From Hydrolagus colliei (lineage: Eukaryota), in the NCBI GenBank assembly GCA_035084275.1, contig CM068748.1:7874001-7938000 (forward strand): a DNA stretch of 64,000 nucleotides, written 5' to 3'. This document shows positions 54,276 through 64,000 of the stretch, piece after piece. Position numbers and translations under genes: made by a program. The notes beneath the pieces were generated by a model. It had not been told where the DNA came from and made no database searches. It saw only the letters and a list, made by a program, of their open reading frames with translations. The first letter of the stretch is position 1. Every line of letters begins with the position of its first letter.

Positions 54276-56029
54276 AGTGATGTTGGGATCAAACTGGGAT
54301 CCTGATATGTGGGGCATCTCCAGTCACAGGCCTGGGTTTTAAAACATGTGGAACTATTTGGGGGAATGTACCTGCGCTAGTATGTGTACACTTAGTGCCG
54401 ATAAACCTCTGGCCAATTGCGCCCCCGTCCTCTGCTTTGAAGAACTGGACAGGGGAAATTGACTGGCTCAAAAGTGCATGTTGGAAAAACCCTACTGTAG
54501 TCACACATTTTTATATAAAATGCGGTTACCTCCTGTTAAACCAAGTAATTTTGTTAAGGAAAATCTAAATATTCAGATGCAAATTTGCAATCTGAACCCT
54601 TTGTGCAATACTTCAGGTGTTCATTCAATAAATCTTATATATTATGCAGACAATTAAAACATTGATAAAATACAATAAATACGCAAAATAGATACTTTCC
54701 TCCTTTTGATGCAGAGGTGATAATATAATGGAAAATTGAAGATTATCCTGCATATTAACAAATACAACATCCTCTATTTGATGCTTAGCTGTTTTCAATA
54801 TTTAATGTGCATTTTAGGCTCTTGCCGCTTACTTTGAAAGGTACAGTGAACTCATAAAAATATTTCAGTCAGCCTTCCCGACTTACATCTAAGGTACCAG
54901 AGAAATAACTAAATCGAAAGAAGCTCTTTCAATTCAACCAGCCATATCTTATGGGAAAATTCTAGGATAAAAGGTAAAATAACCCCAAGACCTATATTGC
55001 AGTATCATTACTTGGATTAGTCCAAATATTAAACATTTCTGAAGGTGATGCACATTTTCAATGCTGGAAATCAATGCTGGAGATTTGTAAGTACCTGTAC
55101 AGCTTTAATTGAAACTTTAATAAGATAATAATAATGTTGGAATTGAGGAGTAACCCACAGGTTTGAGTGATATGTATAATTTGTACTAGGCTCCATGAAG
55201 ATTTTCACCTGTGATTTTTATGACTTTATCAGATCATACATCAAATGGGTTGTTACTGTTGTGCCTCCAAAGAAGTTTATTATGAGTCATCAGTGGTGAA
55301 AATTAAAGCATTATTAACCAAATACACGTAGGATTCATGGGGAGGGGGAAGGAAATAAATGTACATATACAAGTAGAAGGTATATAATTTAATTGTGTCA
55401 TTGCTAAAAGTATGAAACGATGGCCATACATCCTTAGATACAAAAGAAAGAGGAAAGATTCAACATTAACTTAAGAACTACCAAAACTTGAAGCTCCCTT
55501 CAATCAGGAAGGTGCAGAAAGGGTTAACAAAGTGGTACATGGTCAGACATGAGTGTTAAATGCTATGCTGAAATACATTTTGATTAGATACTGAATTGTT
55601 CAATTCTATGGAGATTTGGTTGAACACTATTGATACCTATCCTGATCAGTTCTAGAAAATATAACTGTTTGGTTTGGTGAGATCAAATGAATTGCGAATA
55701 TGCAATTAAGACCGTTTCTCTTGTTTATTTAGTTTTTAGAAATATAATGCCATGCATTAGAATATTGTTTACTGATGTTAAATCCAATTGTTGAGGAGAG
55801 AGATGGAAGTGTATACATGAGCAAACATGTCAGACTTTTATGTGCAAAACATTTAAATGCAGTTGCTCCTCAGGCAGTTAGTTTCAGATATTACAGTACA
55901 AGAGACTACTGAACAAACCTACATTTGCATTATCTAAAATATAATACTGTATTACCAACCTCCTGCTTTTTAAAAAGATTATAGAAGTACAGTCTTGGAG
56001 TACTTGTACCGTGCTTTTGATAAGTTCTT

Positions 56030-56140
56030 CTCCCCCTGCCCTCCCACAAGCCTGGGTCCGAAATACTGTCTGTCCGGCGCCTTGAGATATTCACTCGACA
56101 TGAAAGGCGCTAGACAAATGTAATTTTCTGTTATTGTTGG
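56030..56140 (+). mobile_element. L2 3' tail fragment
   Basis: GGGTCCGAAATACTGTCTGTCCGGCGCCTTG...TGAAAGGCGC...TGTAATTTT(CTG/TTG)n. Confidence 0.65.
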
Positions 56141-56804
56141 GAGTCAGGTCAGTTTTAGCATGTAAACTTCCCTATCTAAATCAAGTCTGACTGCAACTCT
56201 CATACCTATAAATGCTGTTTAGCAATTGCCTAACTTGACGCATTTATTTATCTGGAGCTCCTCCAATCTCATAACCTGTATTCACTTCTCACAGGGTAGT
56301 TTCTCTAAATTAGTTAAATTTGCCTCACTCCATTTGATCTCACTGTGCCTTGACATTTCAATTCCCACGATTCATTCTGCGCTTGCTACCTTTGCCTCCC
56401 GTAATACCGCATTAAACATCAAAGCAAACTTCAGAAGCAATTTTTTTTTCTTCTGAATCTTCATCCGGCAGATCTTCACATTGTCTTTAACATCTTCAAA
56501 CCTTAGCTGCCTCATCCATTTCAAACCCAACCCCAGGTAAATACATCCACCCAGTCACTGCACAATACAATATATTCCGTGAAACACTTTTAGATATCTC
56601 AAAGATGTGATAAGGTATATACCAAATGCAGTCTGATTTTTTTCAAATTTGTTCTGCATTTTACCTTTTCCTATAGCTGTCTCGTCTTTATCCTGCAAAT
56701 TAATATCTTTCTATGATTATGTTTCTCTAGAGTGCAATATTTTAACTCGCCTGCATTTCATAATCTGTTAATGACCCATTAGCTGCCTCTTTTGTGCATC
56801 TACA

Positions 56805-56955
56805 ACTGTTTGTGGGGACACTGCTGTGCGCAATTGGCTGCCACGTTTGGCACACAAATATACAATCAATTCACTTTACAGTATATTCTGTGAAGTGCTT
56901 TGAGACGTCGATAAGATGTGAAAAGCGCTTTATCAAATTCAAGGATTATTATTAT
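56805..56955 (+). mobile_element. SINE 3' half
   Basis: TTTGTGGGGACACTGCTGTGCGCAATTGGCTGCC...AAGGATTATTATT. Confidence 0.8.
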
Positions 56956-57421
56956 CTAGTATAGATTATAACCTCTTTCTAATGACAATTTCCTTGTCTG
57001 GACTTCCCCTTCTCAATCCTATAAGGGGTTTCTGAGCACAACTTTACCATTCCCGATGAATCATACTTGAAAAGTAATCATTTTCCGTCAGGTGCTGTAT
57101 GACCTGTGCATTTCCACTTTTTTTATGCAATATGTCTGGGGTTTCCTATTGCCAAAGTTCCAGAAGTTGTTAGTTTACCCAGCTGCAGACTTCATTACTT
57201 TAACAGGAAGGGATAATTCTCAATGAATATCAGGTGATTTGACTGACTAAATGCAAATAAGTAGAGGTGCAAGGAGTGAGTGTTATTTCCTCATCAGCTT
57301 GTGAAAGTAAGAAAAGTGAAAGCTGGGCACTATTGATATTACAATGCCATTTTCAGAAACAGCATTTGATCCTTGCTGATTCTTACTGCTGCTTTTTGGC
57401 CAAAACATACAGTGAATTAAA

Positions 57422-57726
57422 AATCCCTGCATTTGATATAGCACTTTTCACGTCTTTTAGACATCTCAAAGCGCTTCAAAGAATATACTGTAAGGTGAAT
57501 TAACTGTATATACGTGGGCAAAATGTGGCAGCCAATTGCGCACAGCAGTTGTGTCCCACAAACAGTCGTGGATTTAAATGACCAATTTATTATTGGTTTT
57601 TTTGTCGGATTATTATCAGGCGAGTGGAGTAAGGAAACTTGCCCAAGGTTACACCCTGCCTGGAATTGAACCCAGGTCTCTCGTTTGTAAGGAAAGTACT
57701 TTAATCACTGAGCTACAGGACTCCAC
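57422..57726 (-). mobile_element. tRNA-derived SINE, near full length
   Basis: Minus strand GTGGAGTCCTGTAGCTCAGTGA...GGTTCAATTCC. Confidence 0.85.
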
Positions 57727-58199
57727 GTTAAACACACGTTTATAGAGAGGAAAATTAAATCAAAAATAATCTGGAGGATTGGAAAACATTGGTGAGACAA
57801 AAAACCTATTTCTAGAACGGATCACAGAACATCAAGAACTCGCATTTACATAGCGCCTCTCACCCAGGGCTAGTGCCAGTGGCTCAAGCTCCTATTGAAG
57901 CAGGAGTAAGCACTTCACAGTATTCTGTGAAGCGCTTTGAGGCGCCTCGAAGACGTGATAAGGCGCTTTATCCAATAAAATGATTAATACAATTATTAGT
58001 ATAATTTCCCCCTCCCCCAACTCCCACTTGCGCAACTGAACAAGACACTAACGCTGTACTACGAACGGGTTTTTATTTATTATTTCTCTAGATTTACCTT
58101 TGAAAGACAGCTCCAGTGCGTTTCTATAATACACATATAATATAACAATGATTATTTTTTAAAAATCAAGAAAGAATTTGCTGGTTCAGGGTAAACTCC

Positions 58200-58345
58200 A
58201 ACGGAATGAAGGAGGAGCGCGCAACACCGCCGCTGGTAGGACGGGCCGGGCCTGTCAGCGCGGCATCCTGCGCACGCGCGCCGGTGTCACGTGTGCTGAA
58301 CGGGGTCAGAGGTCGAAGCGCCGCCTTTCGGTTTCCTTTTTGGCG
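58200..58345 (+). promoter_or_regulatory. ATAD1 CpG-island promoter: NRF1-like site, E-box, DR1
   Basis: TGCGCACGCGC 58269-58279; CACGTG 58288-58293; GGGTCA-G-AGGTCG 58303-58315. Confidence 0.65.
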
Positions 58346-58363
58346 CTCGCTGGCTGACGGCAG
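58325..58363 (+). other. ATAD1: Probable non-coding exon 1 of ATAD1 (start approximate)
   Basis: Consensus donor CAG|GTGAGT at 58363/58364 inside the CpG island; the next exon has an acceptor 14 nt before its ATG. Confidence 0.6.
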
Positions 58364-59138
58364 GTGAGTTTCTCTGCGGCTTCGGTTGGTCGACTCCCCC
58401 CCTCCGCGGGGAGACAGGAGGTGAAATAAAATGTTACTGATATTAATCTAATTGCCATGAGGGTGAAGCGTTAGACGTTCGAGAAGAAGAAAACGGCGGC
58501 GGTTGGGAGAGTCGCCGGGGGAAGGTCAGGGCCGGTATCAAGGAGGAAAGGTGGTGATGGGGGGGTTGTGTCATCGTTATATTGCGACACATTGTCGCTG
58601 TCGCGTAATAACGGGGGCGGTGGTTGAGGGGGGTTAAACAGTTTTCCCGTACTGCTGAATTCAGATGCCATCCCCGAGCAGAGCAAGGTTTCCGGGGTAA
58701 TTTGACACAATACAATACTCGTTTAACCTTGAGTTTAAATCCTGGTTGGGAAGTTTGAAATTGTGATTAATTTGAAATAAATTAAATATGTATATATATA
58801 TTAGGATTTTTAGTTAATCGTTCCAGTGAACGGGAAACGAAGTCGATTCAAAGAGGTGAAAATTAAGAGGTTTCAAGTGCAGTGAAGCAGCAGCTTCACT
58901 GTGAAGGTGCCCCCTGAAGAGTCCATTACAAACATTGGGTTCTAGATGTGTCCCACTCCTGTACCGAAAAAAAACATCCTATGAATCCTACAAACTAAAA
59001 TACAGGCACAATAAGATGGAGGCAAACAAATTGATCAACATATCCTTCTCCCCCCCCTTCCCTTGGGCTTCCATTCAGTCTTTCTAAAGTGCTTTGAGGT
59101 GTTCTGAAGTTCCCTCAATAAGTGCAGTAAAAATCAGA

Positions 59139-59930
59139 CTGGCTCAGTTGAAAGCTTTTTTGCCTGTGAGTTAGAAGGTTCATACCCCACATTGAGGCTT
59201 TAAACAAACATAATCTAGGATGACCCACCAAAATATTGCTGTGATTGCATTGTTAGAGGTGCCATCTTTTGTATGAGACATTAGATTGTGTGCCTGTGTA
59301 GGTGGAATTTGAGGATCCAATGGATCTGTTCAAAAGGATGTGGGAATTTATCCTGGTGTCCTGGCGAATAATTCCGCAGATATATCAGCCTGGCTCAGTT
59401 CGTAGCACTCTCGCCCATGAGGCAGAAGATCGTGGGCTTCAACCCCACGTTGAACTCGTATACCGGTAGTCTTAAAATGACACTGCAATGCAGTACAGTG
59501 CATTGTTGCAGTTGCCATCCTTTGGAAGAGATATTAAAACCGAGGCCCAGTCTGCATTTTCAGGTAGACGTTAAATATCCCATGGCATTATTTGAAAAGA
59601 GAATGGAGTATTTACCATTGTCCTGGCCAACAATTCCCCAAATAAACTTGGTCATTTAAGCCATGGTGGTTTGTGGGATATTCCTGTGCACAAATTGACA
59701 GTCATGTCACCCACAAAATATAGACCAAACTTTACAGTATATCATATGAAGTACCTTGGGATGTCCTCCCAATGTGAAATGCGCTATACCAAATGCAAAG
59801 AATATTATTTGTGCAACATTGCTATGTGCAAATTGGCTGCTCTATTCATCATAATGTACACAGTTACTGCAGTTTACAGTAAAATCCTGTGAAGTGCTGT
59901 GACATTCTCCCAGTATGAAATATGCTATAT
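59139..59930 (+). mobile_element. Two tandem DeuSINE-like (SacSINE1/AmnSINE1-type) elements
   Basis: tRNA heads GGCTCAGTT... at about 59141 and 59392; Deu-like core TGCCATC(C)TTT...GAGA(C/T)ATTA...CCGAGGCCC...TCCCATGGCA...TGTCCTGGC. Confidence 0.7.
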
Positions 59931-59962
59931 CATCATTATTATCAAATAGGATTATTGTTGTA

Positions 59963-60293
59963 CAGTAAAATTGTGATAATCCCGACATTCCTAAAGTCGG
60001 CAACTCCCTAAAACTGGCAAGATTTCAAAATACATACTGTATTAGATTTTTTTCCGATGTCGGCAAATCTCCCGAAGTTCAGAACAGTTGCTTGCAGTTC
60101 CTGACGTGGCCGCTCTTATCCAGCATTGTGGGTGGAACTTGGGCATTTTTTCAGTTCAGTGCGGTGTTTATAGCAGTGGTATAGGGCAGAACTTCCCCAG
60201 TCATTTCTAGGTAGGTTTCTAAATACTATACTGGCAAACTGAAATGCGGGTGGTGAGTGGGCCCAACCATGACAGATTATCAAGGTTTCACTG
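59963..60293. mobile_element. Tigger-like MITE
   Basis: TIR CAGTAAAATTGTGATAATC / GATTATCAAGGTTTCACTG; TA TSD. Confidence 0.7.
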
Positions 60294-60999
60294 TAGTAAA
60301 CAAAATTTAACTTTTGTGAAGGAAGCGTATTTTAAACTCCAGTGTTGTATGTTTTGGGTTTGGAACTTCATCCTCTCAGTACATTATAATTCTCTGAATG
60401 TACAATGTGTTCAAAATCATTTGAGTTGCTCTGTCAGATTCCAGTCTCCTGTTTTCTCCTATTTTTGAAACTCAGTTATGGTGTGTTGATTAAAACCAGA
60501 AAATATTTTAAAAAACTGATCAGTGAATGAGAGGCAAAGATCAGTATTTCTGGTATAACCTGGTGTTGCCCTTCAATTAATAAAAATGCAGTAGATTTCC
60601 AGAAATAACTTTTTATTTCAGATTTTCAACACGTATTTTTTCATGACTCATGTGAATTGTTCTATAAGTGAAACATTTTTATTGTAATACTTGTGTGAAC
60701 TATAACTAAATTCTAATAATGTTTGGCTTATTGTAATGCCTGTTGCACTTTGAATTGGCTGAATCAACATTAATTCAAGAAGCAGAAATGTATTTCCCCA
60801 TTGTAACTATTTTCTCACACAATGGTCGATTAGCAGAAGATACAATGGAAATGATAATTTCAATTTAGACATTGGTTCAGTGCAGGAGACTACAAGGGGA
60901 AGTTTTTTTGTTTCCACTTTTCTCTACAACTTCCTGTAGCTTAAAATAGACAGCACAAAAGTTATCCTCTATGGCACCTGCCAGTATCTGTTCAACTCC

Positions 61000-61830
61000 A
61001 GCTCCAACATCCCTGGCCTCCCTCTCAAATTCATTGAATCAGGGCTTAACCTTGGCATCTAATTTGAACCCTACTTTGCCTTCCGTAGTCACATTTGGTC
61101 CCTGATCGAAGACTGCTTCTCTTCATGTCTGATACATTTTCCCTATCTCATGCCAAATGCCGCAGAAAACCTTATCCACTCTTTTGTCATCTCCTGTTTG
61201 GATAAGGGTTTCCGCGGCATTTGCCACGAGATAGCATAATGAAGTGAAGCAGTCTTGACTTTTCCAATGCACTGCTCGCTGGTTTTCCTAATTCCAACAT
61301 CCATAAGATCAAGCTAATGCAGAACACTAAATTCCGTATGCCAAGATACCAAATCCTCGCCAGACTCAAATGCAAGGATTATTATGTTTGTGAATGACAC
61401 CCATCTGTGCCTCTGCCTCCACCCTTGACTTCGTCCAGCAGTTCTTCTTGCCCCCTCCCTTGCCTCCTTCAAGTTCCATCTTAAGACCCTCCTCTTTCGA
61501 CTGTATTTTCGATCACCCTCCTTCCACCTCCGCCCTCCCCAATCCCGATAGCCATCTCAGGTCCGAAACACTGACGATTGTTGTTTCCATTGGATCAATT
61601 TCAACATCCTCGCTTTCACGTATAGATAGTGTCTCCATATCTCTGATCTTGTGCGCCAGTCTTCCGCTTTCCACCTCCATTCAGCTAACATGCGGCTGTT
61701 GCATGTCCTTTGCCCATCATCAGTGGCTGAGTCTTCAGTCCCCACTCTCCAGAATGCCTTCCATCACTCTCCTCTCTATGTGTTTTAAAATCTTACCATA
61801 AAACGTACCTATTTGGCCGCACCTATGGTC
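61000..61830 (+). mobile_element. Cluster of degenerate L2 fragments in ATAD1 intron 1
   Basis: AACCTTGGCATC, GGTCCGAAACACTGAC tail shared with 3852-4241. Confidence 0.55.
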
Positions 61831-61981
61831 CTCTGACTTGGTGTCTGACCAGTCACTGATATGCTTTAAGTTGTTCTGCAAGTGCATTACATAAATACTG
61901 AATTGTTAGTGAAGTTGCTGATACCACACCTCACGTTCCAAATGTTTAACATTTGTTTTGCTTTTAGATCTGGAAATAAAG

Positions 61982-62155
61982 ATGGTGCTAAAAGAGATCC
62001 CAACAGAATCCTTGTCTCGACCTCTCTCACGCAATGAAATAGTTGGTTTGATATTTCGTTTGACAATATTTGGGGCAGTAACATACTATACCATCAAATG
62101 GATGGTGGATGCCATTGATCCAACAAGAAAGCAAAAGATGGAAGCACAAAAGCAG
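61982..62155 (+). CDS. ATAD1: ATAD1 (Msp1/Thorase AAA+ dislocase), first coding exon with N-terminal membrane anchor
   Basis: MVLKEIPTESLSRPLSRNEIVGLIFRLTIFGAVTYYTIKWMVDAIDPTRKQKMEAQKQ; exon starts at 61968 after TTTTAG; donor CAG|GTTAG. Confidence 0.96.
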
Positions 62156-62282
62156 GTTAGATTTTGATACATTTTCTACTTTAAACTTTACACCATTGCT
62201 AATAGAGCAACCTGGAAAAAGATTTTAGCACCTTATAGTTACACGTTGCATACATGCCCAGATTCACACATTTATTTTGGTT

Positions 62283-62385
62283 GTCAGAATTGTTTTGATG
62301 AAGGGTTGTGAACCCAAAATGTTAACTCACTTTCCTTTCTCCATACATACTGCCTGAGTGTTCCCAGAGACTTCTGTTTTGATTT
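62283..62385 (+). mobile_element. Decayed copy of the hammerhead-bearing repeat
   Basis: GTTTTGATGAAGGGTTGTGAACCCAAAATGTTAACTCACTTTCCTTTCTCCAT... Confidence 0.6.
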
Positions 62386-62844
62386 AAGACCTATGTAATG
62401 GCTACCATCCCTTTTGAAACAGAGTTGTTCAAATTGAATGTTATGTAACTTTAGCAGCAATATTTTAAAATATGGAAAGGATAGCAAAACCTTTCTAATC
62501 CATAGTATTGCATCAAGTGAATTTTATAGTTATTGTTCAAAAATATGTTTGACTAATTGTTACTTCTCTTGAGGTAAAGTTCCGCATTTGCTTTTTGTTA
62601 AAATGTTCTTTCTATGGCATATTTAATGTATAGTTATCTTATCTACAAAGGTATTTGTACATCTTGATCGGTAATACAACAACTACATTAAATAAATTTA
62701 TTTTCCACAAAACTGCAAATCAGCTAACAGTTGTTAATACTGAATAGTATCAGAGTGCTAGAAATTAGATTAAGATTAAGGCATAGCTATGGGAATGCTC
62801 CTGCTTTGTGATCTATTTGAGATGAATTATTAATTGACTTGCAG

Positions 62845-62943
62845 GCAGAAAAACTCATGAAGCAGATTGGTGTAAAAAATGTCAAGCTCTCAGAATACGA
62901 GATGAGCATTGCAGCCCATCTCGTCGACCCCCTGAGTATGCAG
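62845..62943 (+). CDS. ATAD1: ATAD1 second coding exon (AEKLMKQIGVKNVKLSEYEMSIAAHLVDPLSMQ); gene continues beyond the window
   Basis: 99 nt, phase 0, CAG/GTAAGA. Confidence 0.96.
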
Positions 62944-64000
62944 GTAAGAAACACTTTAATTTTAGTTGGTATAAAATTATAATTTTAGTCACATCGAAGA
63001 CATGATAAGGAGCTATCATCAAATGCCAGGACTGTTAATAATACTCTTGCAGTCAGAAAGTGAATATAAATAGAGGCGAGTGACTTATCCTTGTATTAGT
63101 TGTGACCATTTGCAGTTACAACACAGCAGAGATCTCATTACAGTCAAATTGCCTAAACTAAAATTCCATTTTGTGTTTGGAATTTAAATAATAAAGGAAA
63201 AAACAATTGAGGAAATAAAGAAAAGAGAGGACTGAAAAGATGAGCCTTAGCCCTCACAGTAAATGTAGATAGTGAGGTGAAGGGGGGGGTGGGGTGGGGA
63301 GAGAGAGTAACAATTTTGGGAAGTAAATTGATACAAAGTAATGGTGGAAGGAAATATTGGCATTGTGTTTCTATTTGTAATTTAAAAAACTTGCATCCAG
63401 CAGAGAAAGCAAGCGAATGACCGTTATGTACATCTGCCAATGCAACCACATAAATGTGGGTGGTCTTGAGTTAGCAGGAAATTCAAAATGAGTTTCATTC
63501 TCTGCCAGGGTGAAGGAACGAGGCAATACTTCTTGTCCAGCACCCAATTGGGCCAACATCTGGCACTCACTGAGCCAGGGTTCATGGGTATGAATCTACT
63601 CTAGAAGCCCACTTTTTTGTGCGGGTAGATTAGCTTCCTGAACATGTGCACTGCATGCATTAAGTTGGAAGCTGGCCAATCCATGACGTAAGTGTACTAC
63701 ATTCCAGAGTCTCCAGAGCACCTGTGTTTTCAGCAGATTCACGCTCCAGCAAAGTGCCTTATAGTGACACTTCCCTGCCTGTGGATACGTATTTCTACTT
63801 ATTGTTTGAGGAAATGCACATCACCTGTTCTGATGGCGTAGCTTGCTATTTAGGGGAGTTGAGCAGGTTGACTCCTTTACCTAGAGACTGTACTGAGGTC
63901 ACGGCTTTTGGAGCTGTCGAGTCGTTATTCAAGAGCTGTGCAGGAGCCATACTGGTCCTGACTGTAATCTGCAGGTCAACCGATTGGTATCTAAATACAG

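Noticed and set aside
53534-54280. Pro/Ser-rich ORFs
   Set aside because: Translations of the minisatellite
62841-62848. Tandem acceptor CAG-GCAG at the ATAD1 second coding exon
   Set aside because: The downstream AG would frameshift; no evidence of use

Overview
Vertebrate genomic DNA, most likely from a cartilaginous fish (probably a holocephalan such as Callorhinchus; inferred from repeat types and protein divergence). The window holds the complete 9-exon PTEN gene on the minus strand (CDS 52334 to 20067, 1215 nt, 404 aa, U12-type intron 1, about 1 kb GC-rich 5'UTR, about 3.4 kb conserved 3'UTR). About 5 kb away and head-to-head are the first exons of ATAD1 on the plus strand. The rest is intronic or intergenic sequence with tRNA-headed SINEs, DeuSINE-like elements, L2/CR1 fragments and Tigger-like MITEs. 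The most notable observations are: (i) a family of short repeats carrying a minimal type-I hammerhead-ribozyme fold (Penelope/retrozyme-like), one of which forms a 105-bp-arm palindrome in PTEN intron 1; (ii) a tiny MMEV* uORF and flanking 5'UTR blocks that appear conserved with human PTEN, although the MP31 AUG and the long PTEN-L frame are absent; (iii) a self-complementary L2-tailed element; and (iv) a switch-region-like minisatellite next to the PTEN promoter. Almost all listed six-frame ORFs are spurious. Comparisons with human sequence are from memory and need confirmation by alignment. Repeat boundaries are approximate.
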